Of a stretch of 61,513 bases of DNA, positions 51,201-61,513 are shown piece after piece. The notes beneath the pieces were generated by a model. It had not been told where the DNA came from and did no database searches. It worked only from the letters and a program-made list of their open reading frames with translations. Within the stretch, counting starts at the first letter, position 1. Each line of letters begins with the position of its first letter. The DNA comes from Raillietiella orientalis (Eukaryota). The translations under genes and the position numbers were made by a program. The DNA is taken from assembly GCA_036172245.1 (NCBI GenBank), contig JAYWIR010000049.1, positions 1,240,001 through 1,301,513 of the forward strand, in the 5' to 3' direction.

Positions 51201-54200
51201 CGGCCAGAAGGTGCACAGATTATGGAGCGCGTGGATCGGTAGAGGTTGGAGCGTCTTTGGAGGTCCAAGTTGTGAACCTCGGAATTTTCTAGAAGAGTTC
51301 ATGCCTCAATCCTTGGAAGCGGGGAGCATGCGCGAGCAAAAATTTCCCTGTTGTTCCCCTGTTGACGATGCCTGGGCAGTGGACGCTTTTCTGCGCGTCA
51401 ATCTCGCGGAAGGTCCATCCCCTGCGAACTCCCCATGAGAGGCTTCCATCGATTTTTGTCGGTAGCCAGGGGTCTTCCTGCATGGAGACGGGGCAGATGG
51501 GGGTGGCGCAAGCACTTGGCATTCGGACGGTACAGATACTCCCGGCGTTCGGAGGCGAGAAAGATCCATCCTTCCATTTCGATTCTTCCTCAACTCGCGG
51601 GATGTTTCCGTGGGCGTTTACTGGGCTACCAAGTCTCGCCGAACCTGGTTTTCGTACTCTTCTTCGCGGACTTGCCCGTGATTCTCCCGGAGCGTTCCCG
51701 CTGATCCGCGTTTGTTCGTTGAAGGGAAGACGCCAGCACAGTCGAGGCGTGTGCCACCTGCGCTCCTTACGTTCTCGCGGTCGCTAAGAGAACTACAGCA
51801 TGCAAAGTGCCCGTGCCCTTCGTCAGCAACGCGTCTGTGGTTCCGCGACCTCATTTAGCCGATTCCGCGCGATGAGCCCGCGGAGATCCCAGTCGCGAGT
51901 TCCGCAGGAGTCGGCAGTCATCACGCGGGAGAGGTGGATTCGCAGAATTCCTTTCCCGGCCCCCATAAGAAGGATCACCGACGCTGTTTGCCAGCCGCCC
52001 CGTGTGGGATCATGGGCTGGTGGCTGTCTGCTAACCAAAGCGTGTCCTCAGGTCAAGTCGCTTCCGCGGCTAGAGAAGGGCGCACCCTTGGTTGACACCT
52101 TCCGGGTGGCTTGCTGTCTCTTCTCTGGGACATTGCTCCGCGTGTTGCTGCAGCTGCTCCGCGCATCTTTCGAAGCTCACTCGCGCGCCTGGAGATGGCA
52201 TCGTTCTTCGGTTCTCTCGTTGAAAAAATGATCGATCTTCGCCGTTTGCGCTTTGGTAACCGTAGGGAGCGCCTCCCCAGTTCTGCTGCTGTGCAGCAGC
52301 ATCTTACGGAGACGTGCGCATTCTGGCGGCAGCTTTCATCCCTCCTTCTCCGCCTTTTTTTTTTTGGTCCTGAATATTTTGCGATTTTTTTTTTCCATGA
52401 CCCTAACGGTGGATTATTGCGTACGACCGCGCAGTGGCAGACGGGGCGGACCACTTGAGTGGTTGCTGACGGTGGCGTTCGCAAAGCCATCGCGAAGATT
52501 TTCCTTTCCTTTCCTTTGATTTTATTTTTTTCGGCAGGATCTTGCGTGCGCCTACCTCGTGGCGGCCCACGATTCCTAGTGCTGCAGGGGCGCTCCGAAA
52601 CCGAGGGGCGGGAAGAGGAGCGGTGGTTCGCCTACGAAGATGACGCACGCCAGTGACTCCCGAGTGTTTGCTCACACGGCCGCCGCCACCGCTGCCGCAG
52701 TCGCGGCGCGGGCGCAGCTACTTTCGTTATCAGCCACAGTGGAGCTGCGCCTGGGCGTGAGAACACGCGCACGCGCACTTGCTTCGCACGCACTTCGGCT
52801 GAAGGCCGCGCGTGTCGCCGACCGAACGGTTCCTCGACCCATTTCGTGACGACGCCCGGCATCCTTCCTTCCGAGACCGAACTTATGGCCCCCGCTCAGG
52901 CAAACGCGTCTCGCAGCAAGGACCGCGTGTCCCGGGCAACCGCTCTGCCGATGATCTCATCCGTCTCCGTGCGCGCTTTTATCCTCCTCTCTTTTCTCCC
53001 CCCTCCCCTATCGGCACGAGACCGTGCAAGCAGACACGTGGTGTGTTCGTTCCGCCTTCCAGGAATTTAATCGGTGAGGATACGCTCGCAGCCGGCCGGC
53101 TGCGCATCCCCGAGTATTCCCATCCCCCCCCCTCCTCCTCGCCTGGCGTGCCTCCTCCCGCGAGAGGATCCGCGCCGCCGCGAGGTATCGGGCGCCCACA
53201 GGATAGGGAGCTCCTGCAGAGGCGCCCGTGCGGATGGACGAACCTGTGAAACCGCGGGACGTCCGCAGACAGCCGCATGCGGCGGGTAGAGGGAGCGGTA
53301 GGACCACGGGAGAGAGACAGAGCGGAGTCCGGGCGTTCGGACGCGCCGCCGGGGTGCTCTCAAAGCTGCTGTGGTCCTGCCAGTGCGCTGCGAAAAATGA
53401 CGCAGGTGGAGGAGGAGGAGAAACGAGGAAAGGTGACCAGGTCGACCTCTTGAAGAGACGAGTCGCCGGGGGCTGTGGTTCACCACGACCAACATGGAAA
53501 GGACTGCGCTTCCCATTCCCTCTCCTCCACCTCCAGCCACCCTCTTGGCACGGGAAAATGAGAAGAGCCGGGATGCGGTTTCACCAGCTGGAAGCATCGT
53601 CCTGGAGTTGACGCACCGATCGGGAGGAGACCGAACGCCGGAAGACTTGGATCTCGGAGATTTGGGAGGGCGGTAGTGGCTCCCCCCCAAGCGAGAAAAA
53701 GTTCGGTGGCTTCGGATTTCGGAAGCTCGGGGAGGGAGGAGGAAAACGTGGCGGGAAGGAAGCCGGGCACGCGCTCCGAGGGGAGACACGCCCACCGGCG
53801 GAATTGCAATGAGGGAGCGCGCGACGCTGCGCTACAGCTGAGGAGCCGAGCGAGCGTCTTGTCGGAAGAGGGGAGGAGGTCTCCTCATCAAAATTCTTCA
53901 GTCTCCTAGCAAACAGCCGCCCACGGAGGGCTTTGCCGGGATCGGCTGCCGCCACCACTTTGCTAATCGCTCTCTTCCATCTCCTCCCGCGTTCTCGGAC
54001 GCAACTTCCTCAGGAACAATGGGCTGCGGCCACCGCCGCTGCTGCTGCTGCTTTTGTCTCCAGAGCATTGGTGGCGGCGAGGCGCTTCGGAATCGCCAGC
54101 GGCGCGCGCGCCACCGGGCGATTTCCGGCGAGAGGAACCCGGTTTCACAACGAGGTCCATTACGGCTGGAGAGGAAGGGAAACGCAGGAAACGGCTGCTG

Positions 54201-57200
54201 CTGATGCTGCGGGAGGGAATGGCGACCTCTCTCTCTCTCTCTTACTCTATCTGCATTTTGCAATCAGAAAGTCGAGATCTCGGCGGTTCCCGCGTGAAGA
54301 GGAAGCAGCCGATCCGGAGAGCGCTCTCTCGCGTCCCCACGATCTCTGGAGATACGCAACCTCCCCCTCCCCTCTTTCTTTCTCCTTCGGGAAAAATCTG
54401 AGCGGTTCCCTCAAAGGGACGGGATTGCGAAATCCGCGAACGGTCCCTTTCCAGGACGGGCCAGGTGACGCTTCCGGCACCAGCTCGAAAAGGCGAGACG
54501 CAAGCGAGAGGAGAAAAAAAATAAAAGACGAGCGCGGTCCATTCCGAGGATGCGGTTGTCCATGGGGGAATCCGGTGGGCCAGGCGGGCGGGTGCGTCCG
54601 TCGAGGGATCGCATCCCTCGATCCGAATCTGAAAAGGGCTGAGGACGACCTTTCTCCGAGCCTGCTCTTCACGGGGCGAGGCAGCAGCACGAAACACAAC
54701 ATCCTGCCTCCTGCTGCATCTCGTGCTGGAGCCCATCTTGGACTACCAGCAGGAATGCGACCTCGCAGGTTCGGCCTTGGGAACTTCCGGAAAACAGCTT
54801 TCGGGACTGGCGCCTACCTCCGGGAAGACCCCCTCTTCAGTGCCCTCCTTCAGAGAGCTACTTCCCTCTACTTCCGTTCCAGGAGTGGCTCGCTCGCATC
54901 CTCTCTCCGGAAGCTCCGACGGCCGTCCGGATCTCGCTCTCCTGGCTTTCGGGCTCTTCTCGTCCCGAGAGTTCCCGAAACCGCCACCCTTTCTCGAGAG
55001 ATGCGCGCGTGGCCCTTGCAGAGCTCGGCGTCGGCTCAAGAAATCCCACGTAGGAGAGGGGAACGGGAAGAGAGCTTTTTGCCCACCCTTGGCACGCGTT
55101 CCGCTCCGCCCTTTTCCGAGATCGATTCCAAAACCTATCGTCTGCTCCCATGACTATTCCCTGGTTCCTGAAAGCACGCCTGCGTCCATGGAGAACGTGA
55201 GGGGGGAGGGGGAATGCTTCCTTGACTGCCTGGCGGTTGCCCGGAAGGGAGGCTGCTGCCTCTTTCGCCCGCCTCTTTCGGTTTCCCCTTCGCGCGCACA
55301 ACTTAAGGTCATGCTATTCCGCTCGTTGTTCCTCCTGGAAGTCGAAAGGGGTCCGGAGGTCCATCGAGTCGTCCGGCGAGCCCCGACAGCGATGGCTCCT
55401 TCATGCGCTTCCGGTCATCTTGCTTTTTTCCTCCCTCTTCTCCCCTTTCTTGATCAGGCGCGCATTCTCACCGTTTCAGGGTGGTGGAGTGCGCGGACCT
55501 TTTTTCGCGAGCTAAGCGTCCCTTTGGCCCCACCGGGAGGTGCGCCCACGACGGCTGGAGCGGAAGCGGAATTTCGAGACCGGAAGTCACGACAGAGGCC
55601 GGAAGAGCCTTTTCTGGTATCCCCGCGTGTGGCCTCGCGACCTCCTGCATCTGAACCGAGAAGAGGGCGCCCCTGGGCAGGGAACTCTCTCCCTGATGTT
55701 CCAGTGGTCGTACCCAGCAGTTCAATCCGTTCTTTGACCGCTTCTCTGGACCCTCGTCAGAATGCGTTCTTTGGCGACGCATGGGTTGGCAGACGCATTT
55801 CCGGCCCTCTGCAAAATAGGGACCACGCGCAGGCAAGCGCCCCCCCCCCCCCCCAAAAAAAGGCAAAAAGGATCAGCCCTGCTCCATCAGTTGCCTTGGA
55901 AATCGCTGCGCAGTTATCTTGCGTCCAGTGTGCCGCCCATTGTCGGGGCTGGGCAGTGGGGGGAACGCGTGGCTGAGAACCGAGTGGCAGGGCGAGCGTG
56001 CCGTGCAAGCCTCTCCACGCGGTGAATGCGCAACGACCACGTGGTGCTTCGCTTATTCCTGTTGTCCCCTCCTCCCGCGCTCCTCCGACAAGCGCGCGCA
56101 GCTTGCGGGTCGTTGTCTCTCCACGTCTCGAGTGCAAGAAGATGCTAGTCGCCTCTCCAGCTAGGCGTGGCAGAGGTCGCTCGTCCTCCACGGCACGTCG
56201 GCGCTTGGGGGACCAGGGAGTCCACATCTCCCGCGGGAAAAGTACGAGAGAGTGGGCGCTCTCCCTCACTGATCGTCGTCGTCTGGTCTCCTGTACGACC
56301 CCATCGGACAGAGGCAGAGTCGAGTGCCATAGGGGGCGGCAGTGAGTGAAACCATTCCTCGATTGGCCCGTGACGTGAGGAGCCGAGAAGTCAACAGAAC
56401 CAGCCGTCAGCCAGTCGGACGCCGCCCATGACTGGACGTCGTTGAGGAACACACGGCTCAGCCCGATTCTCGAACCAGCCCAGGCGAGTTCCGCAGGAGA
56501 CCCGTCGCTTCCAGGCACGGGAAAGGGCGAACCCTCTCCGCGTTCGCCAGCACCTTCTGCGGTAGCAATGGCGGCCACCGCTGTCGCGCCAGCGCTAGCG
56601 GGGTTCACCGATGGACATGAGGCTTGAGGACGACTAGAGCGCAGTCTCTCTCCTCCGCTCGCGGACCGCACACGCGTGGGAGCATCCGCGAGCCTCGAGA
56701 GACGCCTCCTCCCTCGGACGGGGACGAGGTGAGGGGCTACAGTCCTCGTCTTGCTTGTTTTGGGGGCGCCGTCAGAGGGGTGCGGGACCAGACTGACAGT
56801 TGGTGCCGCCATCGGCAAGCGCGGGTCTCTCCTACTTCTCCCCCACCCCTTTCTCAGCCTCCGAGATGCTTCCACATCAACGACTCGCTCTCTAGGGTCC
56901 TTCTTCACCTCTCCCTTCCCCTTTTCCAGAAAGGGGACGAGGTCACTTCCCACCAGTGACGTCCGAGAGGCTGGACCAAAGAGGGGGAGGCTAGGAAGAA
57001 AACCCCCTTTCCTTCCCCTTCCGTCTTCCGAAAGAGATGGGAGGAAGGCACAACGAGAGGATCTCTGAGGGCGCCTCCCTTCTCCAAGTCCGTCCCGGGA
57101 CTCCGCTGAAGCTTGCGGTAAACCCTCGCTCCCGGGTGGGTGCGGCGGGTGGCTCCCCGGAGGAGAAGGGAGAGATGCCAAACGTCCGCGGCATGCAAAG

Positions 57201-58854
57201 AGGGCTTGCCCCAACCACCACCACCGCCATCAGCAGCAGCTTCAACCGCTGGCTCTGCGAGGAACGGGGGCGTCTGTGCAGAAAAGGAGGCAAACAAAAC
57301 GCGAATTGTGAGCGCGAGAGGGAAAGATGAGAGAGGGGGGGAAGGGGGAGAGAAACGCAACGTAAACAAACGAACGTCTGCGTGCGCGCACTAGCCGAAT
57401 CCAGCCGCTCGAGATGCTTGTTTTGGTTTCCGTGGCAACAGTAAACAAACCGAAGAGAGCGTCAACGGTCTCGTCTGAAAAGTGGTCGAGGATTCCGCGT
57501 AATTGATCGTACATGGGAGATGTGCGCGGCCGAGGGAGAATGGGGGGTAGCATGATCGTCCGTGACGGCGATCCTCTGGAGGGAGACTCCGTCCGGAGAG
57601 TATGGGGAGGTATAGGGATCGAAGCGGCTCGGTGGCACCGAAGAGGCACGAAGGGGGGGAGAGTGGAGTGGAGGAGGATCGGGAAGGAGGAGGAAGCAGA
57701 GGACATCGGGGTCCTTGCGCAGTTGCACGGGTGCGCACACGCCAGCCTCAGCCGCCCGCCAGCTCCTCCGCCTCCCCGCTTTCGCGAGGAAAGAAGACGA
57801 GGGCGGGGCGGCCTCCATGAAAGGAGAAGAAGCAGAGGGTGCCCGCGGGCTTCGAGAAAGGTCTCAGCAGCGGAGACCCTTCGGCCCCGGGGGGAGGAGC
57901 GGGTCTCCTAGGACGGAGCGAGGGGTGGCCAAGCGCCGATGCATGTCGCAGCCCCGAACAGGTGCAGAAACCGCACGGCTCTGTTGCCGTCCGTCCCCAA
58001 CCGGCGCAGCACGGGGATGAAGAGGAAAAGAGGAGGAGGCGGGGGGAAGCATATTCCACAGCAGCCCGATGAGACTTGGTACCACAGCATCCATCTTTCT
58101 CGAGATGCTATGATCCTCCATAAAACGCACTGCAGCTGTTCTTTTCGTAAGACAAATGCGCGCAGTCTCGTCTCTGGCAAGGAGGATAGTCGCTGGGGAG
58201 GTGGGGGAAGAGAATAGGAGGCAGCGGGCGATTACACGGAAGAGGGATGGAGGGCACTCCATCCCTCCTCCATCCTTCTCGCGACGGGGCGAGAGGCCGT
58301 CTCGCTCGCTTTTTCGCTTAGAGCATGGCCCACCTGCCGAGTCCCTTCGTTTCGTCCCGGTTCTCCGGACGCGAAACGAATCCCGGGAGGTCGCGCCACG
58401 CGGGAACCGTTCCGCGCACCCGCCCAGGGTTCCCGGTTAAAACACCTGTTCCCGGGGTTCGCGAAGCGGGCGGGTTTCTCCCCCGCGCGCTCCTCCTCGC
58501 GGTGGCAGCCAGCAGGCACCGTGAGCAGCCGCCGCGCCTCGCGCTACCATTCTCGGCGGCTGCGGAGACCCCCCAAACCGCGAACCGCCTCCCTTCCCGG
58601 ACGAGATGCGGCGGCGCGGCAAGGGGGAAGACGGGGAACAAAAAAAAACAAACAAACAAACGGCACAGACACACATACACACCCACCCACACACATACAC
58701 ACACACACACACACAAATAACAGCAAAAGGTATGACCTTTGTAGTTGCTGAATTTCCCCCAGTGGCTGCTGACCACGGGGACCAGTCCCAATCCTACCCC
58801 TATGACGGAAAGGACGACCATTCCAATGGTGACTTGGACGCGTCTTCCCCACAT
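39234..58854 (-). CDS. Claudin/PMP22-like tetraspan membrane protein with a long cytoplasmic tail ending in a class I PDZ-binding motif (-TEV), 5 coding exons, about 295 aa
   Basis: Exons: 58854-58737, 40753-40655, 40569-40405, 40330-40233, 39641-39234. Total 888 nt, intron phases 1,1,1,0. The spliced protein has TM1 (VTIGMVVLSVIGVGLGLVPVV), then W, then a claudin-type first loop GYFGPWKLC...C. Three more hydrophobic segments follow, with R-D-W-A-F-Y before TM4. The tail reads GGDPT...NPSF...PLKSSLKK...NPGFS..SP.LSRSASAKKVRIQTQITEV. Exons 2-5 have strong splice sites (GTAAGA, GTGAGT, GTGAGT donors; pyrimidine-rich CAG acceptors) and GC-rich third positions. It resembles an uncharacterised arthropod tetraspan family from memory; no symbol is assigned. 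Confidence 0.85.
44861..44955. repeat. Inverted repeat with a perfect 23-bp stem
   Basis: TCCACCCTGCCAACTGGAGCAGC (44884-44906) is the exact reverse complement of 44921-44943, with a 14-nt spacer. An outer 10/12 stem pairs 44861-44872 with 44944-44955. Confidence 0.9.
47885..47950. repeat. Degenerate tandem cluster of GGTCACC(GG) units
   Basis: Four GGTCACC copies plus GGTCAACC within 66 bp. Confidence 0.75.
58664..58715. repeat. Imperfect (CA)n/(TG)n microsatellite
   Basis: Visible dinucleotide run about 20 nt inside intron 1 of the claudin-like gene. Confidence 0.9.
58737..58854 (-). CDS. First coding exon of the claudin-like gene (N-terminus, TM1 and conserved W)
   Basis: ACC-ATG context; encodes MWGRRVQVTIGMVVLSVIGVGLGLVPVVSSHWGKFSNYK. 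It supplies exactly the TM1+W segment missing from exons 2-5, in the matching phase 1. The donor AAG|GTCATA is weak. Confidence 0.72.
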
Positions 58855-59350
58855 GGTGAAGTCATTTTGCGTGACCAGTCACTTTCGGTCCAGAGGTTGG
58901 TCTCCGAGAGGAGCACGAGATGACGAGTCCCCACTGTTAAGCTGGCCGACCGGTGCTCAGGTAAACAAACAAGCCAGAAGAAAACAGCATCAAAGTCGGG
59001 AGCAGCGGCGGCTCGGCCACCAGTCGAAAACACGAAGGCGGGATTCGTTCGGGACGGGGAGGGGAGGGGTCGATCGAGAGGACGGAGAAGAGGAGGACGA
59101 GGAGGAGGGAGAGGATGCAGGGAGGAAAGCGGAGGAGCGGGAGAACCGGGGGGAGGAGAAAGAGGAGGAGGGAGGGCGGAGGAGGAGGAACAGAGGAGGA
59201 GGCATCCGTGATTGCGACGACGAAGGCGGCGGCGAATCGAGATATCCCAAGGCACGCACGCACCGGGGCAACGCGGACTCTTCCGAACACGGAGGCACGC
59301 GGCGCTCACTTGCAAGAGCGGCACCTCCTGCCGACATTAAATATGCTCTG

Positions 59351-59362
59351 ACTTACCTGCGC
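59351..59362 (-). promoter_or_regulatory. Consensus splice donor (CAG|GTAAGT), possibly ending a non-coding 5' UTR exon of the claudin-like gene
   Basis: A perfect donor on the same strand, about 500 nt upstream of the ATG. A candidate acceptor (TTAACAG, near 58934) follows a pyrimidine-rich stretch. No transcript evidence. Confidence 0.4.
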
Positions 59363-61014
59363 AGATGACATTCTTCTACCTGTGGATTGCAGAGCAGCCA
59401 TGTCTGATGACGTCAGCCGGCACGAGCTTCCGAGCTTTTCCGATTATGAGGAAAGGTTCACGAGCGCACGCGCGCGAGCGCGCTTTCTCGCAAGCACGCA
59501 CATGCGCCCGTGTTTTCCCTTCCCTCCCTCCCCCCCTCCTTCTTCTTTCCATTTTTATTCTATTTTATTTATCTGTTTATTTTATTTTATTTTTTTCGCT
59601 TGCAGATTCAGCCGGTCTGGGAAGCTGCGCCGGGAGTGGAGAGGCTGCGAGGAGAAACACTCGGGGAAAGAGGGATCTGTGTGCAGCGTGAACCACCCAC
59701 GCGAGAACAAGATGCCTCCTCCGAGCGCATGCGAAACGCCGGTGGGGAGCGCGCCGTTAGTCCGCGGGCGAACCTCCGCCGCTGCGGAGCAGGCGGGCTG
59801 GCGGGACGCAAGGCGCCCCCGCTCTCGCCCGGGCTCGCACGCTCACGCGGTACGTGTGCCTCACGTACCGCGTGAGCGCTGTTCCAGACGGATAGGCGCG
59901 TTCCAGGGGCGCGGAGGGATACCCATCCCAAGGGAACGCTCCTTCGGGAGTTGTCGTTTCCGACACTTGCTGCCTGACCCCTCCCCGGCCCACGGACCGG
60001 GTCCTCATCCCTCTTCCTAGTGGGGAGGGAACGCGGCAAGTCCCGTTGGTTGGTTGCCCCTTCTCTCTCTCTCCCCATCCTTCTCTCACCGCGTGCCTGT
60101 CGGCGCGTGCTCGTCGCACGGCCGCAGAGATGCGGGCTGCAGCCTGCGGTTTCCCTCCTCAGAGGCGGCAGAGGGCGCGCTGGTTTTTTGGGAGGTTCGG
60201 TGTGACTCCGGTGAAGTCGACCGGGCGCTGAATGCGTCCCGGTGACGCGGGGGACCCACGAAAACGCGGGAACGCCCCGGCGGGATTCTGTCGAAGGCAC
60301 GGAATCGGAGGCGGAAATGCGTTCGTACAACTGAATGCTCCCGATTTGCGTAATTGGCCGACGTCCTGGCTCCCTCCTTTGCGGCCGGCCTTCATTCACG
60401 CTGCCGTCCGTCGCCGCAGCGGCGGGCGTGCATAATGGAATTGGTAATTTTAGACGTTGCTGGCGGTTGCCTGACGGGCGAAACACCACCGGAGCCCAAA
60501 ACCAATCACGTCCCGTTAGTAGAACATCGGAGCCCGGAATGACGCGGGGATGCCTCGTCTCATCCGTGCGGGATCTGGTCGGGAAGCTGCGCGGGGCATT
60601 CCGAGTTCGCTGCGGGACGCGGGAGGCGAAAAAGACGAGGAGGAGAGATGCGCAGGCATCTCTCGCGGAATCTCCAGGGCATCAGACTACGAGCCGTGTG
60701 GAGACCTCCGTCTAATCTGCACGGAGCGCGCGCCGGAGCTGGAAGTCGGGCACGGCAAGCGACGTTCTCTCCAATCAGCTTTCGTCCCACTTTCTTGATT
60801 TATTGCCGTTGCTCCATCCTCATGCGTCTGCGTTCGCAAAAGAGAAAAATGGGCAAGCAGTGCTCTTTCTCGGTCTGGAGAAAGACGGAGCCCGCCGACT
60901 TCGGCGGGCCGCAGCCCCACTCCGGCACGCTCGCCCGAGAGAACGGGCTCGGCTCTTCGCCCGACGTACGAACGTAACCCGAAATCTGCGCGTGAAGCGT
61001 AACACAAACAAAAA

Positions 61015-61035
61015 ACACACACACACACACACACA
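61015..61035. repeat. (CA)n microsatellite
   Basis: About 10 AC units, directly visible. Confidence 0.9.
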
Positions 61036-61513
61036 AAAAAAAGAGGAAAAATTGCAGCGCGGCGCTTCCTTCGCCGAGGTTTCCTAACGTCACAATGAGA
61101 ATTCCGTTACGCTCCGGAATCGCGTTTTCGACGCGCCGGGATCGCATGCCAGAGGTTCCCATTTTTATTTTATTTTACTATATTTTATTTCTTCTTCTCG
61201 CCGGCAGCACGACAGAGAGAGAGAGAGAATCAATGCGCTCCACTGCTCAGGAGGGACGTTCACCGGAGGCAAAAATGAACTTTTCCGCCTGTTGACGCCT
61301 TCGCAGTCCCAAGGCGTGGACGACCAGGGAGCGGATTTGGACGTTTCTCGGAATTCCCGTCTTCTCCTGCACGCCGGATAGGAATCGCGGAGCCACCAGT
61401 CCCGCCCGTAAGCGCCTCGCCGGAATTGCAGGTTGCTGCGAGGGACCTGGAAGGCGGAGACTGGCAAGGATGCACGTGACGCATGGGCGGGAGGCTTTTC
61501 TGGACAGAGATGA

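Noticed and set aside
53933..57214. Long ORFs of 406, 417 and 485 aa
   Set aside because: They overlap in several frames and strands, are Arg/Pro/Ser/Gly-rich, have no recognisable domain and run through homopolymers. This is what stop-poor GC-rich non-coding DNA produces.
59408..59415. CRE palindrome TGACGTCA (also at 12087 and 49026)
   Set aside because: An 8-mer is expected about once by chance in 61 kb. Three scattered hits in CpG-rich DNA are not persuasive alone.

Overview
This window is eukaryotic, animal-like genomic DNA. The intron structure and the tetraspan gene suggest an invertebrate, probably an arthropod or other ecdysozoan (inference). Almost all ORFs in the supplied track are chance ORFs in non-coding DNA. 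Three spliced genes can be rebuilt by hand with GT-AG introns and consistent phases. (1) ALG8 alpha-1,3-glucosyltransferase: + strand, 26608-28437, 7 exons, 524 aa. (2) PRRC1: - strand, 28469-32639, 6 exons, about 450 aa, convergent with ALG8 with only 31 bp between the stop codons. (3) A claudin/PMP22-like tetraspan membrane protein: - strand, 39234-58854, 5 coding exons, about 295 aa, with an 18-kb first intron. ALG8 and PRRC1 lie in an AT-rich, strongly CpG-depleted block and have 37-47 nt introns. The tetraspan gene lies in GC/CpG-rich DNA. Other elements: a hAT-type non-autonomous transposon with an 8-bp target-site duplication and a CTCF-like motif; a ~770-bp repeat present as two inverted copies whose differences fall mostly at third codon positions; two long intronic hairpins; and a possible decayed LINE fragment. 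I found no rRNA, intact tRNA, CRISPR array or prokaryotic system, and cannot claim a clearly new biological system. The best leads are the inverted repeat pair, the 23-bp perfect hairpin, and the methylation-like compartmentalisation. Family assignments come from recalled motifs, not database searches.
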